64,000 nt of DNA from contig JALJEE010001228.1 of the NCBI GenBank assembly GCA_023231475.1, positions 1 through 64,000 on the forward strand, read 5' to 3'. The notes under the pieces are model-generated. The model was not told the origin of the DNA and made no database searches. It was given only the letters and a program-made list of their open reading frames with translations. Of the stretch, positions 30,509-45,700 are shown piece by piece (within the stretch, counting starts at the first letter, position 1; each line of letters begins with the position of its first letter). This stretch comes from Seison nebaliae (Eukaryota). Position numbers and translations under genes: made by a program.

Positions 30509-33500
30509 CTTTCAAGTTCATTTGAACAGATTGTTTTTTGTCATTCGTTTTGATAATATGATAATTTGCAAATTGAAAATTATCTTTCATCTTTCTCTTA
30601 TGTCCTTCACCTTCACCTTCACTTTCTTTCCGATGATGATTCTGATGATTTTGATTATTCTGATTATGATGCTGTTGCTGTTGGAGTAGAATTTCAGAAC
30701 TTAAGTAAATAAATTCTGGGGCATCGGTTGTTGTGTCTATGTTTGATGAGACGGTCGATGATTGATTGATAGATTCATTAAGAGATGGGAAAAATAGATT
30801 GGGATGGGATCGACCTTTATCATTGGCATATTTTGATAATTTAATTAGATTTCCATTAATGCGACTTTTCGTATTAAGATACAATTGGGAACGTGTCAAT
30901 GATCTCCGCAATCTATCTACATTCGATAAGGTTTTCTCCTTATTCAAATCAGAAATATTCTGTACAGACAATGATAGTTTGGAGAGATGTTTCGATTTAC
31001 GGAAAGATCGAAAAACCGTTTTCTTCTTTTCCGGCTTCTCTAAATCATCTACATCCGATTCGAGTGGTAATGTCAAATAGCAGGAGCGGGAGAACAATTT
31101 CTTTGCCAAACTGAGAGGTTCGTTCGTTGAGAAACTGGTGAATTGGGGAAAGAATTTGTTCCGAATCGATTTCCTAAAACTTTTCGTATATTTTTTCTTT
31201 GGTAGAATTTTATTGGGATATTCGTCGAATTCCTTCGTTAGAAGATTTGATATCGACTCCTCAAAATTCTCTCCTTTCTCTCTCATTTCATATCGTTGTT
31301 GTTGCTGTTGTTGTTGGGGTGGATGGTATTGCTGATGGTTATTATTATAAGAATAATGAATCGATTGAGAATACTGCTTTTGTTGTTGTTGTTGATGTTG
31401 ATGTTGAACATCTGACAATGGTTTGGACTGATGTTGGGAACGTGAAGAGTTGGGAATCGAATGTATGAATTCTAAGAGACTGTTATTGTACATCGGTTGT
31501 GTAAGATTGGAGGACTGTTTCTCATTCAATAAAATTCTTCGGATATATTCGTTCTGCCACGAGCCATATTGAATAGTGTTCGGATTTGGTAATTTCCGTC
31601 GTTTTCTTTTAAGTGTATTACTCAAATGGAAACAAGTAGCTGTTGTCGACAATTTATCGTTATCATAAAACATTTCATCAGAAACTTCTTTGTCCGTCTG
31701 TATCTCTTGATCATTCATTAAATAATTCTCACGATTCTCCAAAATACTCTCATCCTCATTGTCGTCTTTCTTCTCCATTTTATTCAACTTAATATCCGCC
31801 ACTCCATCATCATCTTCATTCTCCATAAAATCTTCGACATTCTCATCTTGACTATCATCATCGTCATCATCATGATATATTTGATCACTTAATTGTCGGT
31901 TGTAACCTACGAAATAATTCGAATCGATTAGGTCACTCTCAATCGTCGTCTGTTTGCTTATTACTGTTTTATCGTTCTCACCCTTCGAACTGCCACTGTC
32001 GTACAAATATTGATTGGAGAGTTTGTTGGATTCGTAGAAGAATTGATCATATTGATTCAAATTCATTCCAATTAAATTCGGTCGGACGAAACATTCCGAG
32101 TCGTTCAATGAAGAAATTCTTCCATTTCTCTCTTTTGTCTTACTATGATAATCATCGAATAATTTATAAGGATTCAACAATTTATTTGATTGCTCTTCCA
32201 ACTGCTGTTGTTGTTTGCACTTCCTATTCATTTTATCTTGTTTGTTATTTGATAAGGATGAATCGATTATCGAATTCTTGCAATTTTCTTCATCAACATC
32301 TACTTCTTTTTCAACTTGATGCTTCGGTTCGTTTACTACGTCGTTCTCTCCGTTACTTCTCTTCTTATCTTCTTCTTCTTCTTCTTCTTCTTCTTCTTCT
32401 TCTTCTTCTTCTCCTTTTTCCTCAACAATTTTTCTTCTTTGCTGTTCACATGAATTATCATTAATACAGTTAATATTGTTATTCTTCTTTCTCTTCTTTT
32501 TCTTCTTCTTCTTCTTCCTTTTCCTACTATTACCATCTCTACTGCTCGTATTATTGTTGTTGTTATTATTATTATTATCGTCATCGTCGATCATGTCTTG
32601 CTCATCATCTTCATATTCCTCATCCTTGATAGACTTATCATTCGTTTTATTGTTATTATTATTGTGTTGGTTTTCATTATTTCTTCCACTTCCATCGATA
32701 TCTCCATCGATCACATATAGAATTGAATTATTTCCCATAGACATATTGGGATAGCAGTCTCGTTTCGATGATAATACCGTATTACTCAAACTGTCATAAT
32801 CACAATTCTTTTCCATTCGCTCCGGTAACATATAATGAGAATAAACACTATGAGAACGTAATCTGTTCATTGTCGAATGATTACCATAAATTAAGGATGT
32901 TGATGTGTGGAGCGATGGAGATGTCACATCTTGTTCATCTAATATTTCCAAGGAAGATGACGACGAAACTGAGGGCGAACTCGAAGTGGTTTGGGAGGAA
33001 TGCACTTTCTTGACGTGCGATGTCTCACCTGACAATGCCGAATTGGATGATGTAATTAATCGTGTAGATCGAAAGGAATTATTGTTTGACAATTTAGCAA
33101 AATGAGAATTTCTATCAACTACAGGAACTTTCCTTAAATATTCATCACCTCCCAAACAACGATGAGTACGACTTAACTTTTTATGATCTTTTCCTTCATC
33201 ATTCTCATGATATCTCCGTTGATGATGTTGTCTACCCACATTTCCATATTTAGTCGTCGAATAATATGATTTATTGAAATTCGTTCCATTCTCATGATTC
33301 TCACTCTTCATTCGATAACGTTCGAACATCGATTGATGTAATAAAGAATATCTGTGTTTATGATTATGACTATAATAATCATAATATTTCTCTGAATTAA
33401 TTTTATTTCCTGTCACTTTTTTTTCACTTTTTGACATTTTCCGATGATATTGATGTCGTTTAATATTCGTCTTATTGTTATGGGATTTCGATAAAGAATT

Positions 33501-34448
33501 ATGAAAATTACAATTCGATCTTTCTAAATCTTCCTCCCGCCCCATCGACAACGATGAAGACGATGATGTTTTTAATGCAGATGAAGATGATGATGAAGAA
33601 GAAAAGGATTGATTCGGATGGCTGGTCTGATCATCGATTAATCCTTTCTTCTTCTTCATTTTCCAAAGGAAATTAATTTTACTTTTCGACAACTTTCCAT
33701 TAATCTGCGTTTCAAGAAACTGATGGCCAAATTCCTCTTGTGTTGAAGGAGTACAACGATGATGACGATGATGATGGTGATGATGACGATAATATTGATG
33801 TCTTAGATTATTTTGAAATTGATGATTAAGTTCCATTTGCTTTTGTTGTTGTGAAGGATGACCATGATCAAATATATTAATTTGTTTCTTTTTATCGATC
33901 AATCGATATTTATTCAAATTCTTCAACCAATTTCGATTCGATTTTTCGATTGACATGTTTTCTCGTTCATCGACATATTCCTCCTCGGTGATGTCAGTAT
34001 CGGATCGTAATATATTCTTGGCGTAGGTGAAAGAACTATTCCTTCTTTCGTCATTATCATTCGAATTAATTTTTTGATTATTCGTCAAATTATTATTAAA
34101 TGGTAAAATTTTCATATTATTCAATTGTTGTTTATTTTGATGTCGTCTCATCCACTCATAATCGTCCTTACAATACATTTCATGATGGTAAGGCTGATAT
34201 TGTTCGAGATATTGTTGATCGAATGTCCCCTCATCTTCATTTCGTCGTCGATGAGCAGATGATGAGATAAAAGTATTCGGTTGCGAATGTTTTTGATGAT
34301 TAAAAGAATGTTTCACATCCTCATCGTTACTTCGACGGAATTTGATGATACGATTTAAATGGAACAGTTTCTTCCTGTCGAATTTCCGTAGATTCTTTGT
34401 CCTCAATAATTCATGGTCAATACCATTATCCAATTTAACTATGTCCAT
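30509..34448 (-). CDS. Very large low-complexity coding exon (~1,313 aa; His/Gln/Asn/Ser/Glu/Lys tracts); possibly the first exon of a giant DYRK1 isoform
   Basis: 3.9-kb ATG-initiated ORF ending at a phase-1 GTTTCT donor (30508). A small exon at 30424-30368 ends in a phase-1 GTTAGG donor. No recognisable globular domain. Confidence 0.7.
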
Positions 34449-37400
34449 TCTGTTGTGAGGAGAGATTATCCCATCTTATCAGTCTTATCAGCAGAAAAAT
34501 ATTAATTTGAATGATTTTCTTCTTCGACTTTCCATTCCTTCGAATTCAGCAATTTTCTTTTTTTTGCACACGAGAATTGACAAGAACCAAAATTTAGGAG
34601 AGAACATTCATTCGGAGAGGAAACAAATGAAGAACATGAACATCGAAATATATTTCCAAACCAAATAAATCGACTCACTAATTATGATTTGCACATGTTG
34701 GCATAATATGTTTGCCTGATAAGAAGAAAAGAAAAGAAAGTTCTGTTTAATTCTAATTCCGTTCCATTTACTTTCTTCTTTGAGCAAATCCCTACACACT
34801 TTTTCACACACACACATAAACACACAACCGCACAGATACACACAACCTCTCACACTTACATAATTAAACCACATCAACTATTTGAATGGTAATAAATTTT
34901 TAATCAGGAAATAACTTAAAAAATAGATTATTTTCCGTTTAGGTAAAATAAGAAAACCGTTTTTCTCCTCAAATAATTTGGAGGATATTTTGAATATTTA
35001 TAATTTATTTATCCTTTACATTCTTTAACACCCGATTGAACATGTGCACCGCAAAATTGGATAAAAGATAGTGGAATTAAAATAAATAAATAAATAAAAA
35101 CTCCGTAAAGAAACCACGAAATATTTCGTGTTATCTCACTTGTGTATAGTACATGATGAAGATGTGAATGGTTTTTATCTGGTGAGAGATGATGAAGTAA
35201 CTGTCTGGAATAGACTTCGCCATGTGGAATTGTTGTGGATGATGATAATATTGGAGAGATAAACACTCGTTCCAATATGAACAATGGGCGATGTGGCAGT
35301 TAAAAAGATTGCCCATAACACTATTGGAAATGAAATAAAAAGATAAGATGCCTCTATATGTCTTTTCAGATGATGTATATTCCGTCCAACTCACATACAT
35401 CAAACTTGCACTAATTGACTGACTAACCAGTAGTACTTGTAAGAGAGTAGAGTAGTTTCACGTGCGGGTATCATGCTCTATCATTCTTATGTGCAATGTG
35501 CAAATATTCGTTCTACCAATATTTTACGTATTCGATCTCCTCTTTAAGTCGTGCTGTCGAAGACGGTAAAAAGTTAATACGTCAATCCAATTATATGATT
35601 TAATATTGCTCATTCACATCTTCTCATTTTACGGGAGAAGTGTGTCATTACATCGAATGGAAATCTTATTAAATCCTCAAAATTCACTTGTATATTCAGC
35701 TGTATAAATATTGTTCATAATTCATAAAAAATAGTTTTCCTTAAAATTCTAATTTGTCTCCTCTACGAATTAATTGGAAATTGATAATGTTTCACCCCCG
35801 AATTTCTTCCTATTGTTTCTTAAAACATTTATTATGCCGCTACCGTCATCCGGTGAGTTAATGATTCATCGGAATAGGGAACATCGGAAGAAAAGCAGAA
35901 AATAATTAGACGGATCGGATAAGGAGAAAGTAATAAAGTTATTGTTATTTATGAAATTTGTTCGTCATGCTCTTCTCGCCGTATTTAACCAGCGGGAGGG
36001 GAGAAAAAGAAATCGTTATGAAAATGTAATTGGACAACTTCGGAAATTTGCTTGATATATATTAAGTGGAAAGGAGAGCGAAATGTCTGATGAGAATGGA
36101 TGACGACTCAATGGAATCATGACGACAACATCAATGTCATAATTTTAATAGATACTTAACTACTTGTTCCAATCATTATAGTTGAGAATTCATATTATCA
36201 CATCTTCTCCCAAACGATTAATTTTATTAGCAGACATTTTTATAACACATTCCTTTGTCTTATCAGATGCCTCTTGCCTGAAAACGATTCACGAACAGTC
36301 TCTTCATCAGTTGATGATCGATGGAGCAATCGATTTCTTTAGAATCAGAAAAATGGAGAATTGATGTCTGACCAATTTAAAGGAGTTTCATTCAATTCAC
36401 CTCCATCAAATCCGAAGGACAATCTCATAGGAAAAGCATATCATATACTATCCTCTCTGATATGAATGAGGAGGAACGAAAGAGAAATGGAACGATAGAT
36501 TTCTTTGCACTCATCATGGGGGTGGAGAGGAAGTTGTAAGAATGAGGGTGATTGGAGCAATAACTGGTGTTTACTCCTCCGCTCAATATAAGTGTCAGCA
36601 TAATTTATTATTGTTATGTATGTTGATCTCTCCTATCTATACGACTTATTGTTCATGTTCTACGTCTCATCTGCACTTCACAATTGAGTCTTCACTTCAA
36701 AATATTTATTTATCAATGATTCAATATTGGAATGAGATTTCTATTAAGCCACTACTCATACAAAAATATAGTTGTATGATTACAAGGAGCATCAACGACT
36801 CAATCTCTACAATTGACCCAATCACTCCAACTAATGGATGAAACGCTCTTTCCTCTTCTCCCAAATTGGACAAACATCTGATAGAATAACAATAGAATAA
36901 ATCTGATAGAAGATCATCATTAGAGATCCTGGTCTTCTTCATGAAATTTTATGAGCTTTTTATGATGATGATACGTTATCTTATTTTAAGAACATCAGAA
37001 AATCTGGAGAATAAAAATTGAAATTTACCTCTCACTTTTCCATATAACAATTAATCTTCAGATGGAGAATGAATAAGAGAAAGGTATTGGGAAGGAATTG
37101 AAGAAGGAAAGTTTATTCGATTATATTACATTGTAATAAAGTATAGATATTATACTTCGTTCGACGTAACCTTTCCTAAATAATTGATTCTTCTTTTTTC
37201 ATAACATGACGTTGTTCGAGCCAGTTCCAATGAATATTCTAAGGTTTCCTTTTCATTCTTACATTTATCCACTATCGCTTCTTGGACAGTAGAAGAAGTT
37301 GTTCATATTTCCTACGATTTCTTCTTCACCTCCTCCTCCTTCCCCAACCCATTCATTCCATTTAAAATAAACAATTAAGTATTTGACTTTATGAATAATT

Positions 37401-38195
37401 CGACTACATCACTTCTCCAGCTTCCCATAAATGAGAGGTGAATGAATTTATCTGAATGAAATTGTTCCTTATTTATCAATCTTCTTGACATTTTTTCATC
37501 AACTATGCACCAAATGAGACTCCCACAAAACGAGAAGGAAGAGGAAGTAGCAAGAATGTCTGTGTCTTTTCATAAATAACGAATGTGAACAAATAATCGG
37601 AATGAATTGATCAAATTCAACATCTATCTATCGACAACTCTTCAATTCCAAATGATCACTCAATTCTCTCAGGTACATTAAATCCATATCAGACACAATT
37701 TTATTGTTCTTCTCGTCAACACAAACACAAAATTTATTTACTAATTATTTTGGTCACTGACAAATTGTGCAAAAACATTTGCACAAATTTCTTCTCTTAA
37801 TCTTCTTCTATCTTTCATAGGAAACAAGTCAGAGAGAACGAGGGTGTAACTATCACTGAATTTGATACAATTATAATTGAAATCCTTTTTCCTTTATAAT
37901 AATTTTCAGATAATAATACACAATCGCCTAATTGTCTACTTGCCGCAACGACTTTCCAGACACGGATGTTAGGAAATGGTAAGAAACCAAATTCTTTTCA
38001 TCCGAAAGTTTAAGAGGGAGGAAACGTACAAAATTAAAGAAAGATCCTTTATTCCGTTAAATTTTTATCTGTCGTACTCACAGTCGGAAACCCTTATTCT
38101 GTTTATCCTTCACACAGGAAATTATGTCGATCAATTCTACGTTTTCTTTAACAAGGTCGAATGATAGTAAGAAAAAAAAGGAAAGTCTTTTTTTC

Positions 38196-38712
38196 TCAAT
38201 AAGACTGGAAAAGGATTGTTATTGTCATTAGGAAAAATATGTTCGTAAGATAATTGTTGAAAATACTTCTCGCACTCTTATTACAGTAGTGATCATTGCA
38301 ACAATACTGAGTGATGCCATCTTTCGAATAAGATTTACAACTCTGAACACAACCTCGCTTCTTCGCCAAATTGTTCTCGTCTTCTATCTTCTGCGAATAA
38401 TCGATTGGAGATTTAGGAATAATTAATCCTGCGACGACTAATCGAATCAACTAACATAACACTGATTACCTGAACGACAAAGTTTCTTGTTACTTGTTTT
38501 CTTTTGGAATTTGTCAAGGCAAAAGTTATTCTTCAACGATGGGCTGCACACGTAACAATTAATTCCGAATTGACAATCGACAACTTTTCAATAAAAATCG
38601 ATTTTTTCACGGATACCCAAAAAATTGTTAGCGGAAGATCAAATAAAATTGATTAACCTTTCACCATCGCGACGACAAATGCACAAAGCAAAATTAAATT
38701 ATTCATTTTCAT
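38196..38712 (-). CDS. LU-domain (Ly6/uPAR/quiver-like three-finger) GPI-anchored protein (125 aa)
   Basis: Exons 38712-38658, 38583-38456, 38390-38196. Signal peptide, then INCYVC...C...C...C...RGC..SC...CCNDHYCN (10 Cys), then a hydrophobic C-terminal GPI signal. Confidence 0.88.
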
Positions 38713-39322
38713 CCACATCTAATTCGTTCCCGGTTGCTTTCCTTCAATTCAACATCATTTCCCAGAAGTAAATCCCTCCCATGTTTTTCTTCCATTCAAG
38801 TTCCAATTAACTCAATCAATTAATTTGTTCTCGTCAATCGACATTTCAAAATAGACCAATTAATGATTACGAAATTTATTAATCATAAACATTACTTCTT
38901 TCAAGTGTCTTTCTCTAATGTTTTATATTAATTTTCTATTAAAAGTCTACAAAGTAAATTGTACACAATAAATTTAGGAACTTAAAAATAAGAATTGGAA
39001 TTTTTTATTTTTAAAACTGAAATTGACGTAGGTGTAAACTAGAATTTAGAGAGAAAACGGAAAATTTTGAAAGAGAACGTCTTTGGATGAAAAAAGAGAA
39101 TTTAAAATTTTGAAATTTTAAATATAGATATTTTATTTTATAATTCAAATTTTAGGCTTCTCTCAAATTCTTCTTTGTTTATTCGTCTTTCTCCGCCAAT
39201 AGTTGAGATACTTCCTCCGTACATTGGGACAAATGAAATCGATTAAACTTTAAGATAAGGAACTTGGTTTATGACAAATTTTGCCTGTTTGATAATTTGT
39301 CAAATTAAATCGTATTCGAATA

Positions 39323-41124
39323 ATGTCGACGGAGGGGAAGAATTCGAACATCTCGAATGAAGCGGAAGAAGATGAAATGAAGAAAAAGTTCTTTTCCTCC
39401 AATTCCATTCTTCTATTATCCTAATAGAACCGTGTTGCCCACCAAAAACTTCCAAGCAAGAAATTCAGTATTGACGTTAAGAATTTGTGTTAAATAAAAG
39501 AAAATTCATTTTTTCCTTAGTGAACTGTTTCTAGTGGATCATATCCAGACAATTTATCATATTTTTGTTGCCATTCTCATTCTATTCGTGTGTAACACAT
39601 TCGCATTCGATTTGATTGAAGAAGGACGGTTCTTTCATTTTTCTGCTTTTTTTTTCAATTTTGACAAACATTTGAGAATTTCAGTCTTAATTTAGATTTC
39701 GATCTATTACGATGGGCGTTCGGTGATATTGTTCGTGTCTTGAAAATTTGGTGTGGAATGAAAATTTCCACTTTAATTCTCGTATATTCCTCTTATGTTG
39801 TATGGGTACATTGTCGTCATGTGAAGATGATAGATCGGATATTTTTAGGAATTTATATATTTTATCAAATCTCATTTTTTCTTGTACCAATTGTATTGAC
39901 ATATGATCAACAACGATTACCAGTGGCATCTGCATCAATCATAGTTTTAGAACAAGTTAATTTTCCCCATTCATTCAACTTCATTCAATAGAGAAACAGT
40001 TGAGATTGATGATGAAATCACATTCGTTTATTAGAGAAAATATTGGTAAAGTTTTGAGAAGGAAAGTTTGGGAGAAGAAGAAGAATAAAATTCCTTATTT
40101 TAATAATTATATATATTTCCTTTTTGCACCAACACTTATTTATCGAGACGAATATCCGAGAACGAAACAGATCCGATGGAATTTCGTCATGGCTAATTTC
40201 ACACAAGTCGTTGCATGTGTCTTCTTCCTCTATTATCTCTTCTCTCAATTTTGTCTTCCTGTTTTCAAAAATTTCAATGAAAATCATCTGACCCTTCACA
40301 AATTCATTCGTTCCATCTTTCTTAGCACACTACCTGGATCGTTATCTCTATTTATCAGTTTCCATTTTCTATTTTATTTATAAATGATTTTTCTTCATTT
40401 TAAATACATTCAGGTTTTTATTGTTTCCTTCATGCATGGTTGAATGCTTGGGCGGAAATGTTACGATTTGCAGATCGTCTTTTTTATAAAGTTTGTTTTT
40501 AAATTTTTTCAATAAATTAAAATTTTTCGTGATCGTTTGATTAATAGGATTGGTGGAATTCGACATCTTTTTCACAATATTATCGCAAATGGAATATCGT
40601 CGTTCATGATTGGCTATTCACTTACATCTACAAAGATGTATTTCTCATATTCCGAAAACGAACATTTTCCTTATTCGTCGTATTTGCAATTTCAGCATTA
40701 CTTCATGAATATGTTCTCGTTTTCGCTTTCGGTTTCTTCTATCCGGTGTTATTCGTCCTCTTCTTCGGACCAGGAGGTTCATTTAACATTTTTTAATTTT
40801 TTTTTTATTTTTACTTTTATTTTATTTTTTGTTAGTTTTATTCGTCTTTTTATCAAGACGCAAACCGAGAAGTTATTGGAACGTCATTATGTGGGTGGCT
40901 CTTTTCTCCGGTCAAGGTTTATTGATGTGTCTCTACTCCGTCGAATGGTATTCTAGAAGAAATTGTATGATTTCTGATGTTTACCTCTTTTTCTCATCAT
41001 TTATTTCTTTATTCTTTCGTCAATTCAGATTTGGCTCATCGATTTCATTAAACCACGATCATGGTTCTGTCAGAGTCCACGTACTCTCCACAACATCACT
41101 ACCAACACAACATCTATTGTCTAA
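39323..41124 (+). CDS. SOAT1: Sterol O-acyltransferase (ACAT, MBOAT family), 464 aa, 9 exons
   Basis: Exons 39323-39387, 39428-39475, 39521-39628, 39685-39955, 40000-40357, 40414-40490, 40548-40776, 40836-40978, 41029-41124. Motifs [32 protein letters not shown] and catalytic HEY. Confidence 0.93.
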
Positions 41125-41297
41125 TTTTATAGAACTATATTTTTTATTCATTTCCATTCAACATAACTTCTTTTTTATTTAATCGACAACTGAAACATTC
41201 TAAAGAAGAAAAAATTTTTTTTCAAAAAAACTCATCGAATTTTATTTATTCCATTAATATTTAACAGAATTCCATTCTATTTATATTAGTTGTGAGA

Positions 41298-44200
41298 ATG
41301 AGGTTGGATCTGTTGAAAGATCGAATTGCAGAGAGAATTTTAATTTTGAATGATATTTCCGTGGGATTATTAACGAGATTATATAACATCAAACTCAATT
41401 TACAAACGAATAATTATAAACCGCAAATTTTAAATGATAATAATCTGGATGGATTAAAGAAGGAAGTTGAGAAGAAATATCCACTCAATCATTCACAAGT
41501 CATCGATCTTTATCGACCATTAGTGACGAGACGGAATGAAATCCGAAAACAATTATCTTTATATTACGACACATTTTCGGATGTATTCGATTATCATATC
41601 AAATCGACGGAATTGTTAGCAGAGATTAATGTGGTTGAATTGTTGTTCAATTTGAAAACGACGACTCGATTGACGATGAGTTTTTTGAATTTCCTTTCAA
41701 ATTTCATTTGTGTTCATTTACTCTTCTCCACCATTCCCAATCGGAAATTAGTCACTACATTTTATATCGCTGTCGATATAGTGAATGATCATCGTCCTGA
41801 TGAATTACATCATAAATTGGAGCAATTCATTCACGAATATGAACGACCAATTGGTCAATTACAGAAAGAACTTTACACTTATTCCAACACATTCAAATTA
41901 TGTTTATCATCATTACGAGAATTATGTGGACAACGATTTGGATCCATCGACAAATGGAAGACATCATATTTATTCAATGTTACTATTAATGCACCACAAT
42001 TAGATACGATATCATTATATGATCATGTAGCATGGCAACTCATCGCACAATCGTCATTAGAGAAATGGATAATTTTAATAACAGTCGTTTGTCCAAAAAC
42101 TTTGGAGTCGGGAGATGTGGAAGATTGTCTTCGTTTAGCCGTTTCACCATATTCCTCTTTATGTATCTCATTATTTCGCGACGAATTATTACCTGCACCA
42201 CATGTGCACGCTTTCTTAATGGAACATTTATTCCATGAGAAGAATGAAATGAGAAGAATTCAAGATATGATTCGAGATGCTCATGTCGATTCAGTGAAAC
42301 GAGCAAATTATATTCATCTCGAACGACGTCATTATCTCATGAAACAATTGACGAATTTAGTGAATGTTTTTCGAGAGATGCCATCGGCTTTAGCACCTAA
42401 AGCACTTCTTTGTTATTCAGCCATTCAATATTCGATGGATGAAGCTATTTGGTTAATTCGTCATTATGAATGGACATTAACTCCTCAATCACTCGTATGT
42501 TTATCTCGTGGTGGTGTGGGAGCAGCATGTCAAAAGAATAGTTCAACAAATGTTCAAATGACATCTCAAATGATTGAGAGAAAGAAATCGGAAGTGTTAG
42601 ATAAATCTTTACCAAAACTTTTATATTTATGTGAAGAATTGAAATGTCTTTTACTTCAACATTCTTCCATTTCAACATCATCAATTATCCCATTATATTA
42701 TATTCGTCTACTTCAATCAAATCATTTCGTTTCACTCGTTCTTAATATCAAAACCATTTACGATTGTACAATTCGAGCGAATACATCGAGTTTTGGTGAG
42801 TCGACTATTCAAATCGTACCTAACGAACCATCAACCACATCGACAAAGAAAGTCAAATTGGATTATTATACCAATATTCTTTTCAATAATTTATTAACTA
42901 ATATTTATTGTTTGAATATCGAACGACATCAGGAGAATGATGAAAATAAGAATTTAGATGAGAGTTTAGATGAAGAGAATACCCTTCAACGAAATGGGAA
43001 ATCTGATGGAAATAAATCGCCATTACATCGTCATAATCAAGAATTAATCAAATCATATTCCATCGATTCATTACGATATCAGATATTGTGTTCATATCAA
43101 AAAAATCATGGAAATTTCGATGAGAATCGTGAGAGTTTAATGAGAATTTTGAATGAGATTGACACATATTCACTTTTGATTGAAACGAATTCGAAACAAT
43201 TGACAGATTTATGTGATTTATCCATTTTCTGTTTTTATGACGTTCAATTGAATACTCGTTTCCAATTATGCTTGAGAGATGTTCGACATTCATCATTCAT
43301 TATCGTCTTTCCATTAATCTGTCGACATTTCCTCAATTCCACTCATCGAATGTGTCCCGAAGAAATTGGAATGATTGGTGATCGTAGTTTTGCCACCGCC
43401 GATACATTTTTGACGGAGATATCTCGATCAATTCGAACTTATCTTTGTGATATTGCTGCCACACGCTGTATCGATACAGAACAACAAGAACAAGAAGCAT
43501 CAGCGGCTATAATCGCTTGTGATGAATTAACAGATTCATTAAATAATTTGCAAAAAGAAGCCAGTTTAAAAAAGAATACATTTAGAAGAGGAAAAAAGAA
43601 GAAGAAGAAACGACAAAATAATCATCATCAAATTGTTCATTCATTAGGATATCATTTTACTCGTTCTGATTTTTTAGTTCAGACAAACGAAGTAAGTAAT
43701 TCAGCAATTAATCGACTTTTCTCTGAAGCTCAAATGTCCACGAAAGATATCGGTTATTCATCCCAATCATTCCGTATGGAACATTTACATGACAATCTCA
43801 CTTATTTGAAACGACAACAATTCACTGATATGTTATCGTCTATAGCACAAGTGGATAAATTGAATGTTTGGACACAACAATTATCACCGTCCGATTATTT
43901 TGAACATTGGTTGGAAAGGAAATTGATTCGAATGGCGTCTGCCATATCAACTGATCGTCATCGAGATTTCCAAGATAATTTATGTTGTAAACGACCACAG
44001 AATCTTCTAAGAATTCTCATTCATTATATGGAGACTGTACAATTCGCTTCAAATCGGATTCGGGTAGATCTCAGTCCAATGTTATCCGATATTCTCTTAC
44101 AAGAAACACAGAAAGAAGATATTTTCAAATTGGAGACGATAACGGACATATTTGCCCGATTCTATCATCTCCGTATTATCGAAGGTGCAGCTGATGGTCT

Positions 44201-45699
44201 CGTTGTTTATTCGCGACATCGAGAATGTTTTGTCAATCTCCAACATATGATTCGACGATACAAAACTATCAATCTCAATGTCACGTCGAAAGAGAAGGAA
44301 AATAAAGACAATTCAAATTCAACTTCCAACTCATCAAATTCCACATCTCCTTTCAACACACCATACACTCCATCCTCCATATTATCATCGAATGTCAGTT
44401 CTGATGGGGCGATTAGAGGATGGACATTTTTCCCCTCTAAAATTCTTAAAGGATTTAAATTCGATGCGGAAGAATATACGAATTTCTATGAATTATTAGC
44501 ATTAGCGACCGTAATTGGCGTTTACGGGGTTGAATATATTTTCAATAAATTCTCCGAACATATTCGATTGCTTTGGAGACAAATGTTGGATTGTGTAGAG
44601 AATAATTCAGAGAGTATCTCTTCCTTCGCTAACAATTATACGGATCATGAACGGATGGAAGAGATTGTCAATAAAATGAAACAAATTCCTGATTTTCTTA
44701 TTCATCTCAAACACATCGGTTTATTACTTCATTTCAAACAATTATTACAAGCCGCAATTAAACGCGTCCTTCTTAAACGACAAACGTATTTATTGAAATC
44801 ATTAAATCAATTCCCATCGAAACCGTTTGATGATAATAATAAAAAACAAAATGTTTCTATTCTCTTTTCTATGTTTATTTAAAAATTTAATTATTTTCTC
44901 TTCTCTAATAATAGATGTTAATGGAACAATTGAAGTGTTCCGTTGGATTGACAAAGATGTTCGATCGTCTTTTTATTAAATATATTCAAACTCATTATGA
45001 AAATTATTCAAGTTCACTCTATTTATTCTATATGTGTTTCATTAGAATTTTTTTAGAAAAACAGAAATTAGAATTAATTCAATCAATTCTCTTATTTCTT
45101 GCTTCAACTATCAGATATTTAGCCGATGATCCAAAATCCATTTATCTACCATCATATGGTGCTCATTGTAACAATATTCATTGTATTGGCAGAGCATTGA
45201 ATTTCTTGGTGGAGAATATGAAATATGCTTGGAATATAACTAATGAAGATATTCTCTCATTCTCCGAACATTTTTTAGCAGTTTCTTTTTTTTTATCTCC
45301 AATCAATAATTAATAAACTTCTTTTGATTAGATGAGTTCGTTAAATATTCAACGATTAGGTTTCCAATCGGAAAGACGATTAAATTTATTCAATCAAACT
45401 CATCTCTTCCCCTCCATCAGTTCCCTCCAATTGAACTTCAATTCGAAATTCATGTCCATCAATTCAAATTTCACTCACTCCTTCACTACTCAACAACATT
45501 CGCTATTGAGAATTCGATATTCTCTTCTCATTCTTCTCGATCTGGTTCGTCTCCAATTTATTTACAAGAAAAATTTATTTATTTTTAGATCGTTAAAGAA
45601 TGTCCATTTCTTCATTTGAGTAATATCGAAATTTATCTGCCAACTCCTCTCCTCATCACAGCTTATAATTATTTGACAACTCAAGAATATTTATTTTAA
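41298..45699 (+). CDS. NCKAP1: Nck-associated protein 1 / Nap1 / Hem (WAVE complex subunit), ~1,400 aa
   Basis: N-terminus AERILILNDISVGLLTRLYNIK; internal LFRDE, HRMCPEE, AEEYT; C-terminus LLDLIVKECPFL. Exons 41298-44852, 44915-45011, 45057-45280, 45332-45544, 45589-45699. Confidence 0.9.
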
Positions 45700-45700
45700 A

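Noticed and set aside
34600..38100. Short ORFs and CA-rich tracts in the long gap upstream of the 34448 ATG
   Set aside because: No motifs or consistent exon chain; likely regulatory, UTR or intronic sequence.
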